Shown: positions 25,441 through 38,438 of the stretch, piece by piece | How positions within the stretch are numbered: position 1 is the first letter of the stretch | Layout: every line of letters starts with the position of its first letter | Assembly: GCF_030684315.1 (NCBI RefSeq) | Contig: NC_081369.1 | Location: forward strand, 28,045,754-28,109,753 | DNA from: Stegostoma tigrinum | Lineage: Eukaryota | Direction of reading: 5' to 3' | DNA length: 64,000 bases | The notes under the pieces: model-generated | The model's database searches: none | Told to the model about the DNA's origin: nothing | The model's input: only the letters and a program-made list of their open reading frames with translations | Program-made: the position numbers and the translations under genes

Positions 25441-26396
25441 GCTATGTACACAGGCCTACAAAATTTAAGTGCCTGAAAAGCATTTACAAAGTCATGATGC
25501 TTTTAAAATGTAAAACTTTAAATCAATCAAGTCATTAAAATACAAGGAGGCAAGAATAGAACTGCAATAGAATCTAGGATTGCAATGCAAGATAACAAAC
25601 AACTACAAGATTGTAAAGTTCATTTCTACATGGTAATACATAATTGAGGAGAAAATGATAAACTTTATATGCAAGTTTGCATGACAAATGATCGCTTCCT
25701 ATAAATACATTTGTACATAACACAATTCAGCAGATTGAAGGATTCAAGTTCTCAACTAAAGCTTTGGTGATCCATTTCTAATTCAACTTTGTCTGAATGA
25801 AATAAAGATACAGATGCCTTATAAGTTGTATTGGTGAACAGTAAAGGTAACTTAGTGACAAAACTTCTCAACTTTATATATTTATATAAAAAAAGGAAAG
25901 GTAACAATTTAAAAGAATAAAGGCATGCAACAATGGTTTAGCAATCTTGTTGGAACAGTTCCTGATATAGTCCAGCCCAATTCACAATGAGAATTGGTGA
26001 CAGTTTAAATCCGGAATACTGTACTTTGAATCTGAGTCACAAAATTGTTACAAAAGCTTATCCATAATAAAATGAGCAGTCCAACCCAAAAGTTAAAATA
26101 TAAAGAATCTAGAAGTTGCTAATAAATTAAAGTGACCTGGCACAGTTTAAATACAAGTTCAATATTGTATTTCATGCCAAGTGATTCTAAATTTCTAAAC
26201 TGGTAGCTGCAATACCAGATTTTACAAAATGCATTTCTATTGCTGTAGATTATTCTGTTTTCGGGAACTTTAGCTGAAAACTCCAATTTTGACATGAAAA
26301 AGGAACAGTGCATTTAGTGACGTGCAGTTTTTTTTTCAACTGAAGTTAACTTCCACTGTTTTCAAGATGCCATGGAACAAGTGGCACATGTATTCA

Positions 26397-26438
26397 TCAC
26401 TGGACGTGGGGCCTGGGCTTCAGTATTAGTTTTCCAGT
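26397..26438 (-). CDS. CNEP1R1: CTD nuclear envelope phosphatase 1 regulatory subunit 1, exon 6 (stop)
   Basis: 42 nt; TGKLILKPRPHVQ* then a second TGA; acceptor gtttag; six exons total 378 nt = 125 aa plus stop. Confidence 0.96.
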   Translation of the reverse strand, partial: TGKLILKPRPHVQ

Positions 26439-26759
26439 CTAAACGGATTAAAAAAATATTGAAGTTACAAAAAAATGGTTTCCAAACATTTATAAGAATA
26501 AAACGAAAGAGTTACTGCACAAAATAGTTCGTATTTTGAAAAGCATGATGATGTGAAATTAACAGCAAACTAAAACAGATTCATGAGCCAAACTAACGGT
26601 AATGCTGTGCAAGCTAAAAGGACTCAAATCATTAATGAATTACTGTCAACATGAGGGACACAAGCACATCCATGCACCTTCCCTCAAGCCTCAGGTTTTT
26701 CCTGAAAATGGGATTAATTGTCTTTTTTGGATGAAACCCAATATTTCTAAAAATTTACA

Positions 26760-26890
26760 ACACAAAAACAGAAATTGCTGGAGAAAGTCTGGCAGCATCT
26801 GTGGACAGAACAAAGAGTTAACGTCCAGGTCCAGTGATCCTTCAAATGAAAACTTTGTTTCGCATCTCCAGCATCCACAGTTGTTTGTTT
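26760..26890. mobile_element. Short Penelope-derived element
   Basis: aaaaacagaaattgctggagaaagtctggcagcatctgtgg...gagttaacgt; right arm ctccagcatccacagtt. Confidence 0.55.
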
Positions 26891-28234
26891 CTTAATCTAA
26901 AAATCTTATGCACATCAGGCCAAGGATTTGCATATTGGTAACTGCAACAAAAAATTTGTTCTGTTTTCTATTTATAGTTTCTGCTTGGTTTCTGTCTCCA
27001 TCCGCACTGCTTCTGTTTCACTCAATCCCCACAATTTCTCTCATTATCCTTACTGTTAGGTCAGAGCTGGCCCTGGCTCCAGAATGAGATTCCATTTACA
27101 TTATAATTGAATAAGAACGTGATGGAATTCAACAAATCGAAGTAATAGCAGACAGCGTGGACAGGGAAGTAACAGTGAAGAAGGGTATCTCAGCGTACAA
27201 CGGGACCATGATCAGATGGGCAAATGGGCTGAGGAAAGCCAGATGGAATTTAATTTAGATCAATATGAGGTGTTGCATTTCGGTAAATTGTTTACAATGG
27301 GAAATTGTTATGCAGTACAGCTACTGGTATGTGCGCTCAAAATCTGACAGACCAGTTATTGTTAAATGTTGTTTGGCACTTTACTGGGTCGTGGTTGTGT
27401 CAGTAACTCAAACAAATCACGTAACAAATCCATTTACAAAACACTACCACTGAATGAGACAATAAATGTGGAAAGAGTGAAATCCCTGTTTTGAGAGGCA
27501 AAAGACAACAGAAGCAATCTTCCAATGATACCAGAAGACAAATAGTCTCATTGCCAAAGATGAATTGAGTCAGTAACCCACATTAACGATTATAAAAGCA
27601 AAGTACTCTACAGTCTAGAGATCTGAAATAAAACAGAAGAGTCAAATTGGATTAGAAACATTAATTCTCACTCTCCCCACAGGTACTGCCAGACCTGAAC
27701 TTCTCCAAGACTTAGATTTTATTTCATGTTAAATGATTGCTGGAATACAATCAGATTTCAGGGAGATATTTTAAAAACAAATTTCTGGAAAGGATACGTG
27801 AATTTGAAATTAAGGACCGCTGTCTGAATTTGATGCCTTATTCAGTAACTAATGAAGTAACTCATTGATGAATAGTGGTTGTGATATTGTTCCTTTCCTA
27901 TTCAGGCTGCTTGGAATTTGCTAAAGGGTGTAAGAATAAGATGCATGGAAAACACAAAATGAACTGATCACGTCCTGCGCAGATGACAAGAGGGCAGATT
28001 CATACTGTTTTAAACAATTAAAATACTAAACTCTGAATTGCATTAAAACCCCTACAACTACTGACTTGAGGCTTGGACCAATTTGAAAGCGAACCATTGC
28101 AGCACTGTTATAGCTAGCCTGAAGTCAGTAACAGCTACCTTTAAACATGAATACATTGTTAATGCTTATGCTATGAGTGAACATGATGGAATTCAACAAA
28201 TCAAAGTAATAGCAGACAGCGTGGACAGGGAAGT

Positions 28235-29128
28235 AACAGTGAAGAAGGGTATCTCAGTGTACAATGGGACCACGATCAGATGGGCAAATGGGCCGAGGAA
28301 AGCCAGATGGAATTTAATTTAGATTGATATGAGGTGTTGTATTTTGCTAAGGCAAATCAGAACAGGACGTCGTACATTTAACGGTAAGGTCGTGGCCAAA
28401 CAAACAGACCTCGCAGTGCAGATTCATAGTTTTTTGCAAGTGGAGTTGCACTTAAGACAGGGTCGAGACAAAGGCGTTTGGTACCCTTAGCTTTATCGGT
28501 CAGTGCACTGAGTATAGAGGTTGGGAGGTCATGTTGCGGCTGTACTGGACATTGGCGAGACCACTTTTGGAATAGTGTGTGCAATTCTGGTTTCCCTGCC
28601 AGAGTAAAGATGTTGTGAAACTTGAAAGGCTTCAGAAAAGATTTCCAAGGAAGTTGCCAGGGTTGGAGGGTTTGTGCTAGAGGGAGAGGCTGAATAGACT
28701 GGGGCTATTTTCCCCAGGAGTGTCGAAGGCTGAGGGGTGACCTTATAGAGATTTAAAAAATCAACAGGGGCATGGAATAGGGTGAATAGCTTAGGTCTGT
28801 TTCCTGGGGTCGGGGAGTCCAAAACTAGGAAGTACAGGTTTAAGGAGACAGGGAAAAAAAAAATTTAAAAAGGGAGCTAAAGGGCAACTCTTTCACAGAG
28901 GGTGGTGTGCGTATGGAATAAGCTGCCAGTGGTGGTGGTGGAGGCAGGTACAATTACAATATTCAAAAGACACCTGGATGCATACATGAATAGGAAGGGT
29001 TTAAGAGGGATATGGGCCAAATTCTGACAGAAGGGACTAGATTCATTTCGGATATCTGGTCAGCTTCAGTGAGTTGGCCGAAAAGGTTTGTTTCTGTACT
29101 GTACATCTCCATGGCCCTATGACTCTGA
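28235..29128 (+). mobile_element. 5'-truncated CR1 (HER1-like) LINE
   Basis: 'QMEFNLD*YEVLYF', 'E*CVQFWFP', 'LRGDLIEI', tail ctatgactct. Confidence 0.85.
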
Positions 29129-29626
29129 TATAAATGTTTGTAAACTCAAAGTGAGAGTACACTTCTAACTGTTTATAAATTTATGACTTCCCTTCAGAAA
29201 AATACAGGAGAAAACATCTGATTTTTGGCAAAATTTTTGCTACAATGACAAATCAAGACTTTCAACCAGGCACCAAACTCTAGATGCAAAATATCACTTC
29301 CAAATCAGTGGCAATTTCAAACACATTTAAACACGACACTGGTTTTTAGCTCCTGGGCCCCCATAATTTGTTAACTGCTCATGCACTAAAACAAAGATTG
29401 TCAACATTTTTTCAGAATGAAAATACAAACAAATACAAAATGCTTCTAGATCTTAGAACAGTTTTGTTTTAAACCAGCAGCAAACAAATTTCAAACATTT
29501 ATTCGGGTTTTAAAGAAAAAGCAAATGATTGCTGGACTCAAATCAGTCAGGATTTCAACTTAAAAATAAAATGCCATGGGTTTTAAGCATTCTCCAGAAA
29601 GTCTGGCTGTAGTAACAGATACTTAC

Positions 29627-29681
29627 ATCATCACATGACATATTGTACTCCGCCAAAACAGTTCGACACCTTGCTGCAATG
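29627..29681 (-). CDS. CNEP1R1: CNEP1R1 exon 5
   Basis: 55 nt; (I)IAARCRTVLAEYNMSCDD; preceded by U12 branch point TTCCTTAAC; donor GTAAGT. Confidence 0.96.
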
Positions 29682-30084
29682 CTGCAAGAAACAGGTTAAG
29701 GAATGCCAATTATGTTTCAATTAAAACCGGAGATTCACAACATTGGTCCTGTTCTTTGAGCGGTTCTGCATAAGAAACCAGTTACTAACTCTAAGAATGA
29801 TAAATTTCTCAAGAGAACACAATAAAGAAAATTGTATTGTCTACCAATTAATATTGGTACCAATTAACATTTAATATTGATGTCAATTACTTTCGTAGCA
29901 GTCAAGTATATGCAAACTTCAGATGAATTTTTTTAAAACTTACATTACAAAACATTACACCATATTAGTGCCCTAAATGAAAACAAGAATCAACTTAGCA
30001 TAAGTATTTCCTGTAATACTTTAGTACATATTTGAATACTGAATCCCCTCGTCTCCCCAGACCTCAGTCCTTATGAATGGTGAA

Positions 30085-31420
30085 ATATAGAAATTAAAAG
30101 CAGCAGCAAGCAATTAGTCCTTCAAGACTGCTCCACCAGTGTTATGATCATTAGCTGATCATCCAAATCAATTGCCTGTTCCTCTTTTTCCCCCATATAC
30201 TGGCTAACTTTAGCCCCAAGTGCGATATGCAATCTTCCTTGAAATTATACAACATTTTGCTTCGACTGCTCAGTTTTAGCGAATTCCACAGGCTCCTCGT
30301 GATTTGGGCAAGGATGTTTCTCATCTGACTCCTAAATAGTTCACACAATATCCTTAGATCACAACCCCTGGTTCTGAACTCCCCATCATACTTCATCTCT
30401 CCTCTAGTCCTGTTAGAATTTTATCAGTTTTTGAGAGAACCCCCACATGCTTCTGAACTCCGGCAAATATAATCCTAATCTATTCAACCTCTCTTCATAC
30501 ATGCTATCTCAAGAATCAGTCTGGTAAATGTTAGCTGCACTCTCTCTGTGGCGAGAACGTTCATCCTCACAATGTTCCAGATGTGGTCTCACCAAAAGCC
30601 TTGCCCAATTTTAGCAAGACACCCTTGCTCCTGTACTCAAAAGCTTTTGCTCTGAAGGCCAACATACCATTCACCTTCTGCTGCACCTGCATGCTTACCT
30701 TCAGTGACTGGCAGACAAGGGCACACAGGTCTCATTACACATTCCCCCCTCTAAATTTGTAACAAGATAATAATCTGCCTTCCTATTTTTGCTGTCAAAG
30801 TGGATGACCTCATATTTATCCACATTATATTTCATCTGCCATGCACTTGTCAATTCACTCATTTTATCCAAATCACACTGAAGCATCACTGCATCCTCCT
30901 CACAGGTCACCCTCCCACCCAACTTTGTCTCATCTGCAAATCTGGAGATATTACATTCGATTCCCTATTTTAAATAATTAACTTATGCTGTGAATAGCTG
31001 GAGTCGCAGCACTGATCCCTACACCACCCCATTAGTCACTGCCTGCCATTCAGAAAACGACCATTTATTAGAGATAATGGGAACTGCAGATGCTGGAGAT
31101 TCCAAGATAATAAAATGTGAGGCTGGATGAACACAGCAGGCCAAGCAGCATCTCAGGAGCACAAAAGCTGACGTTTCGGGCCTGGACCCTTCATCATTTA
31201 TTAGACATGGTTTCCAGTCTGCCAACCAGTTTTCTTTCCATGACAACACACTATCGCAATCCTACGTGCTTAAACTTGACATACTAATCTTTTATGTGGG
31301 ACATGGCTAAAGTCTTCTGAAAGTACAGCCTCTTTGGGTCCCCTCATTGAGGATCGAACTCAGAGTCAAAGAATTCCGACAATTTGACAAGCACAATCTC
31401 ACTTTCCTAAATCCATGATG
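30085..31420 (-). mobile_element. CR1 LINE fragment (RT plus 3' end), interrupted at ~31070-31197
   Basis: ORF-track peptides 'LQCDLDKMSE..AWQMKYNVDKYEVIHF', 'SEWQAVTNGV'. Confidence 0.8.
31073..31196. mobile_element. Well-preserved short Penelope-derived element with hammerhead-like core
   Basis: Minus strand TGATGA-AGGGT-CCAG-GCCC-GAAA-CGTC; flanked by the direct repeat CATTTATTAGA (31062-31072, 31195-31205). Confidence 0.7.
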
Positions 31421-31784
31421 ACTGTCCAAAGAAATGGCAAAAGAACTGAACATATATTTCTAAATTGATAAAATTAGAAAGTCGCAGGTGAATCAAGAAC
31501 CCTGCAACAGATAGTCAACAGCACCTGGAAAGCAGGTGAGAAAAGCAGCCTGAAACAAGATGTCAGGATTACCTGAAGCAGTGACTGTCAACCTTTTGTA
31601 TCTTAGGCATCAATAATTATTTTGTCAAAAAACTCAGGTACTATCATAATAAAACCTCTACTTTTATGAAGGAGTATAATTTTGTTTACAAGTATTTTAG
31701 TATTAAGTACCAATGGATCGTTAAAATTTGCAATGAATTGCTGAGAATACATTAAATGGATAAACTGCAGAAAACAAGTTGAGA

Positions 31785-34030
31785 TAGTCATACAATGAGA
31801 CAACAGACCCTTTGGTCCAACTAGTTCATACTGACCATAATCCCAATAAACTACCCCCACCAGCCTGCAAATGCCTTCAAACATTTTTTATTCATATACC
31901 TATCCAAATGTCTTTTAAACATTGTAACTGTACCCAGATCCACCACTTCCTTGAAGTTCTTCCACAGATGAACCACTCTGTGCAAATAAAAATTGCCCCT
32001 TGTCTTGAAAAACTTTCTCCTCTCACCTTAAAAATACTATTTAAAAAAGGTGGTAAGGAAAAGCCAGAGAACTATGCACTACTGAGCCTAATATCAGTGG
32101 TGGGCAAGTTGTTGGGAGGGAATCCTGAGGTACAGGATTTACATGGATTTGGAAAGGCAAGGACTAGTTAGGGACAGTCAATATGGCTTTGTGAATGGGA
32201 AATCGTGTCTCAATAAATTGACAGATTTTTTTTGAAGTAGTAATGAAGAGGACTGATGACTGGAGAGTGGTGGCAGTTATCTATGTCGTAAGGCGATCGA
32301 CAAGGTTCCACAGGGCAGACTGGTTAGCAAGGTCAGATCATGGAATACAGGGAGAACTAGCCATTGGGATACTCAACTGACTCAAAGGTAGAAGACAGAG
32401 GGTGGTGGTGGAGGGTTGTTTTTTTCAGACAGGAAGCCTGTTACTAGCAGTGTGCCACAAGGATTTGTGCTGAGTCTGCTGCTTTTCGTCATTTATATCA
32501 AAGGTTTGGATGCGAACATAGGAGAAGTGCTTAGTAAGTTTTCAGAAGACACCAAAATTGGAGGTGTAGTGGATGGTATAAGTGCTTACCCCAAACTTCA
32601 ACGGCTGAGGAGTGACAGTTGGAGTTTAGGTAAATGTGAGGTGCTGCATTTTGTAAGAGGCAATGCAGGGCACGATAAGTTCACTTAATGATAATGATAA
32701 GGTCCTGCAGAGTGTTGCTGAACAAACAGACCTTGGAGTGCAATTTGATAGTTCCTTGAAAGTGGAGTCGCAGGTAGATGGGGCAGTGAAGGAGGCATTT
32801 GGTAAGCTTGCCGTTCTTGGTCAGTGCATTGACTACAGGTGTTGGGAAGTCAAGTTATGGCTGTACAGGGCGTTGGTGAGGTGACTTTTGGAATACAGCG
32901 TTAAATTCTTGTCTCCCTAGTACAGGAAGGATGTTGCAAAACTTCAAAGGGCTCAAAAAAGATTTCCAAGGACGTGGCCAGGGTTGGAGGGTTTGAGCTG
33001 TAGGGAGAGGCTGAACAAGCTGAGGCTGTTTTCCCTGGAATGTCAGAGGCTGACCTGATAGAGGTTTATTAAATCATGAGGGGCACGGATGGGGTGAAGA
33101 GACAAGCCTTTTCCCCGGGATGGGATATCTAAAACTAGATGGCAGAGGTTTAGAGGGTAAAGATTTAAAAGGGACCTAAGGGGCAACTTTTTAATGCAGA
33201 AGGTGTTGTGTGTATCAATGAGCTGCCAGAGGAAGTGGAGGAGGCTGCTCCAATTACATTTAAAAGGCATCTGGATGGGTATATGAATAGGAAGGATTTA
33301 AGATTATACTGACAAATGGGACTAGATTCATTTAAAGCTAGCTGGTCAGCATAGATGTGTTGGATTGAAGGGTCTATTTCCATGCTGTACAGCTCTAAAG
33401 ACTCTAAATGTCTCCTAATCTTGAAAACCTCCGCCCTTGGGAAAAAACACCGACGACCTTATCTGTAACCCTCATTATAGAGGTTTATGAAATAAGGTCA
33501 CCTCTCAACCTTGTACACTCCAGTGAAAGAAATCCCAGCCTATTCAACCCTTCCTTATACCTTAAACTTTCTATTCCCAGAAACACCCTGGTACATCTCT
33601 TCTGAACACCTCCAGCATAACAATACCCTTCCTTTAGCAGGGCGACCAGAACTGGACAGTATACTCCAGAAGAATCCTCACAAACATTCTGAATAAACTC
33701 AACATAACAGCTTAACTCCTACATTCATTGGTCTGAGCAACGACGGCAAGCACGCGATGCACCTTCTTAACCACCCTTTGTGATGCAAAATTCAAAGAAT
33801 TATGTGCCTGAACCCCTAAGCCTCTCTGTTCTCCAATATTATTCAAGGCACTACTCTTAAATGCATAAGTCTTGCCTTTGTTTGTATTACAAAAATGCAA
33901 TACCTCATATTTATTCAAATTAAACTCCAACTGCCACTCTTCAGCCCATTGATCAAGCTTTCTTTGTAAACAGATAACCTTTCTCACTATTCACTATACC
34001 AATCTTATTGTCATCAGTAAAATTACAAAC
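31785..34030 (-). mobile_element. CR1/HER1 LINE (host), split by an opposite-strand CR1
   Basis: 3' tail at 31785-32033 continues into ORF2 sequence from ~33407 ('WAEEWQLEFNLNKYEVLHF'). Confidence 0.75.
32034..33406 (+). mobile_element. CR1/HER1 LINE fragment (nested insert)
   Basis: 'KPENYALLSLISVVGKLL', 'VTSSVPQGFVLSLLLFVIYI...KFSEDTKIGG'; 3' tail ctctaaagactcta. Confidence 0.85.
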
Positions 34031-34099
34031 CATGCTTTCGATATTCTCACCTGTGTCATCTCTATTACCTGTCAAATGAGTTCATCCCTGCTATGTACA

Positions 34100-34910
34100 C
34101 TGCTGTTCCAAGGCAGTGGAAGAGTTTCTATGGTACTGTTTGGAATCAGAGGACTGGTCTATGTTCATGAACTCAGTGGCCAACATAAATGAGCATGCCA
34201 CAATCGTTACAGACTTGATTAGCGTGTAGAAGATGATGTGGCTAAGAAGTTAATCTGGATGTTCCCTGACTGCAAAGCAAGGATGAACCAGGAGACCTAT
34301 CGCCTGAAGTCCAGTTATGTGGCATCCAAGTCAGACGTTTCTTTACAAGAAATTCAGACATGACCAACCTTAAGGCCATTAGAACTGCCAGGAGCCAATA
34401 CAGGACTAAGCTTGAGAACCAAACAAACCCCACATAAACCAACTGTTTGTGGCAAGGCCTACAGAGTTTCAAAACAGAAAAATTGACAAAGATACACCCC
34501 TCCCTGACGTGATCAATGTATTCTACATGTCACACATCGGATGTCACTGAAACAATGTCACCTGCCCCGACCGCCTTGGATGTACCTGTTCCCTCAGTCA
34601 CTACTGCAGATGTTAGATTGCCCTTTTAGAGTGAACCCACAGAAAGTGACTGGCCTGGATGGAGTCCCTGGCCGTAGACTCAGATCCTGTGCCTACTTGT
34701 TGACATTTTGTAACGTCTCTAAAACAACCTGAAATCCCCACCTGCTTCAAGAAGAACACCATCATTCCTGTGCCAAAAAAAAAACTCATGCGGTGTACCC
34801 CAATGACTTTCGCCCGGTGACTCTGACCTCCAGTTATGAAGTGCTTTGAGCGGATAGTCATGGCTCACAACTCTAACCTTCTTGCCTGTCTTGATCCCTT
34901 GCAATTGATC
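34100..34910 (+). mobile_element. Rex1/Babar-like LINE remnant
   Basis: 'VNPQKVTGLDGVPGRRLRSCA', 'PTCFKKNTIIPVPKK', 'NDFRPVTLTS..MKCFER' are Rex1-type RT motifs. Confidence 0.75.
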
Positions 34911-35489
34911 CACAGAAAGAGTTAAATGATTAATTATGTAGTCTAACTCCTGTGCAACTAAGAAACTGTGGCCCCAATAAACTTTACCTTACATTCAGAA
35001 AAAAACAAGTCAGCCAGATCTTGACATGACACTCCCTCATACTCTAGAGCCTAACACATTTCCTCTGTGCCTGATGCCCAACAGCTCCCTTTCCAGTGAC
35101 CAGACCTGACGACCTCCTTGCAAACACTAAACCCCCACCCTTCTGGAAATGACCCCGCTACACAGTCAACACCCCTGGCTCATCACCTATTTCCAATATT
35201 TTGGTGTACAACAGCGCAATTCCTTGCTTTGGGCCCAACACCACCACAGGATTCAACAGCATCCCCCACCCTACTGCTGGACCCATTTTCTCTCACCCAC
35301 TTCAAGGTACTGTAAACACTCCATCACTTAGCTGGCCACTTTATGCCCTTGTACCCTACACCCCTCCCCAAGCAACACCCACCCCCTAAGCCAATCTCAC
35401 CTGACACCAGACTCTCCTGGCATCCTAACTTCATTCACATGGCATACTTAGTACATATCAGAAAATTGCAGATGTAACAAAACTTTGAG

Positions 35490-36330
35490 AGAATGAATGA
35501 GAGTTGCAAAGGGAATGCAAAGAGATCTCAAAGGGATTCAGACATGCTGAGTGAATGCACATAAGCTTAGCAGATGGAATATAAATTTCAGGTTTATGAA
35601 CTTTGGTAGAAGGAATGAAGGTGCACAATGTCTTTTTAAAAAGTAAGAAATCTGGAAGTGTTGATGTCCAATGGGACCCAACTATCCTTGGTCATAAGTC
35701 ACTGAAAATTAGCATGCAAGCACAGCAACTTTGAAAAGCAAACAATATTAACCTTTATTGCAAGAGTATGAGAATATAGACGCAAATAAGTCTTGCTTCA
35801 ATTGTATAGAAAATTGATGAGACTGCAACTGGAGTATTCAATGCAGTTCTGGTCCCCTTGCCCAAGGGAGGATATTTTTGTCAGAAAGACTGATTCCTGG
35901 AATTGTGGGACTGTGCTGTGAGGAGAGTTTCAGGAGCGTGGGCTTGAATTTCCTGATGTTGAGAAGACTTACAAAACTCTTAAAGAGGAAGAGAGTGGAA
36001 AGGATGTGTCCCCTGGCAGTTAGGGTCTAGAACTAGGGAACAACAGTCTAAGTGACAGGCAACCACCCATGACTGAAATAAGAGCATTTCCTTCGCCCAA
36101 AAGGTGGTGAATGTTTGGAATTTTGGATGCAAGCATCATGGAAGTTCAGTCATTAAGTAAATTCAAGACAGAGATTTACAAGATTTTGAGTTACTTAAAG
36201 CATTAAGTGATGTGGGGATACTGTGGGAATATGACATTTTAGGTGGATCATCTGCCAAGGTGCAGAGTAGAACAGGCTTGAGGGCTTGAATGGCTTTCTC
36301 CCACCCTTGGTCTCCTTTGTTCCTATGAAA
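35490..36330 (+). mobile_element. Old CR1 LINE 3' fragment
   Basis: ctggagtattcaatgcagttctggtcccc (LEY..QFWSP); tail ...ctttgttcctatg. Confidence 0.7.
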
Positions 36331-36400
36331 TCATTATTTGCCACCGAATTCTGAAAATTGCACTGATAACAATTTGCAGGACACACCAAAAAAAGGATAC

Positions 36401-36510
36401 ATTGATGGTGCAACCACTCTTTTATGTATTCCAGCAAAAAACAAACCAATAAGAGTAATACAACTGATTGTGAAGAATGGATGATTCCATAGTGATGTGA
36501 AAAAAGATAC
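36401..36510 (-). CDS. CNEP1R1: CNEP1R1 exon 4
   Basis: 110 nt; [36 protein letters not shown](I), includes the second hydrophobic segment; acceptor tcatag. Confidence 0.97.
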
Positions 36511-37723
36511 CTATGAAGGATTTAAAACAGATATGAATAATTTTAAGAACATTGTTTCTAAATAACAAATTGTGTAAGAGATCAAGTGGGCAAGGCTGCA
36601 ATCGTACCAAACAAATTTGAAGTGCCAGTAACATCAGCAATTTACAGAAACAAAGCTACCTATGTAACTTATAAAAATTAATTACAAATGTTATTCATGT
36701 TCCACGCATTCCTTGTATTAAGAATTTTCCATTTTGCAAACAGTAATTAAATCAAAATGAAACCCCCATTCGACAACACCAGTTGTTTTATTTAATATGT
36801 CATGACAACAATATGCAACAAATTAACCCATTCTATCCATGGGCCACATAAAAATTACTTAAAGAACTCTGGCAATAACCAACCCTCCTCCCCCAAACTT
36901 TTATTTTTCTATCCTTTGAGGGTTTTACATTATGGTTTCATACTGTCAGACACAGTTTAGTATCTCATTCAATACAACATGCTGGTGTTTAAGCCACAAT
37001 AACTTGTTTGACCAAGATCTCAGTTCTGCTGATTGTGATAGCATCTCTGCATCCAAGATTCTAACAAGAGTTTTTGGATCGTCATTAGAACTGGAAACCC
37101 TGGACAATTATTTCCTGCCATATAACACTGAAATCCATTGTACGTTACATCTTTATATCAAGCAATGACTTATGAATAGCATACCAATGTAAAAATCACT
37201 GAATTATGCACACTTGAATGAGGCTACATTTAAACAACAGGAATACAACAGGCACACATTGCCTCATGTTTGTTCATTAAAAAAAATGATTTGAGATAGA
37301 TGTTTAAGCTACAAAATTTGACAGTTAGCAAGTTTGATTTCTTTTGTTGCCCTACCAAGTTTCTGTATTTCTCAGAATGAACCTTACCATAACAGATACT
37401 TAAGTAGCCAGTATTCAGTGTAGCCATAATTTTGAGACATTTCAGAAATGTTCATTTGATTAGCAATGTTCTTTAGAACCGTTCCAGAAAATGAGTAGAA
37501 TTCTAATTTTTTTTATTTGAGGAAAGTTTCTCCTAACAAAAACTGTTTCTCAAACTTGTAGGAATGTGAAAGAAAAACTAGCCAGCTGTTATTAAACGGC
37601 AAACTGTTCCATTGAACCATTTGAAAGTGAACTTCTGCCATCACTAAAAATCAAACAGGTAATTATAAGACTCCAAACAAAATGTTTTGACAATTTTAAA
37701 CATGTATAAAAGCGTCAAATTAC

Positions 37724-37797
37724 CTTTTGTGTTTCAGGATCTATTAACCAGTTCCAGGCACCTGTGGCAGTACATACTGAAACAACTATGAGAATCA
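37724..37797 (-). CDS. CNEP1R1: CNEP1R1 exon 3
   Basis: 74 nt; (M)[24 protein letters not shown]; acceptor ttgcag, donor GTAATT. Confidence 0.97.
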
Positions 37798-38438
37798 CTG
37801 CAAACAAATGGTTGAACTTCAGTTACTCTTTTTCAAAAGTATATGTGGTTTACTACAACAGAAACAAGGAAACTAAAATGCAACTTTTCTATAGATAATT
37901 GGGTTAGATTCTTTGTGATGGCATTTTTAGCATGTGTCAACAGTGCTGAATAGCAAGGTGCCAGATCCCTCTACAAATTTTTGTTTTGTTTGCTATTGGT
38001 CATACCTGATTAGTACACTGTTGGGGTCTTAAATTCAGTTCATAAAAATAACGATGCGCGCAATCAACGTGAACACAACGACACTTTCAATCCATCATGT
38101 TTTCCCACATCTGGAGCGATTCAGTGTTTAATAGAAACAAAAACAGAACATTCTGGAAATACTCAACAGCTGTGGCAGCATACAGGCAAACAGGAACAGA
38201 GTTAAAAGTTCCAGGTAAGACTTTTGCAGTTTTGTTTTAAAACTTTGGATTTCCAGCATTTTCTGTTTTTATTTCGGGCTTCCGGAACAGCAGTTCAGCA
38301 CTTTTTGTTTTGGTTTGGGCGTTTCACAGGCCGGTTGATATTGAGGAGGGAATATCCCCACCACCAGAACTATATCGGGAAGTGCACCGCTCACAGTTAC
38401 GAGCAGTCCTTTTCTCAACTACAAATCGGAGAACTCAC

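Larger units (their letters stand above)
29682..36400 (-). other. U12-type (minor spliceosome) GT-AG intron, CNEP1R1 intron 4
   Basis: 5' splice site GTATCCTTTT at 36400-36391; branch point TTCCTTAAC at 29703-29695, 13 nt from the exon boundary. Confidence 0.93.
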
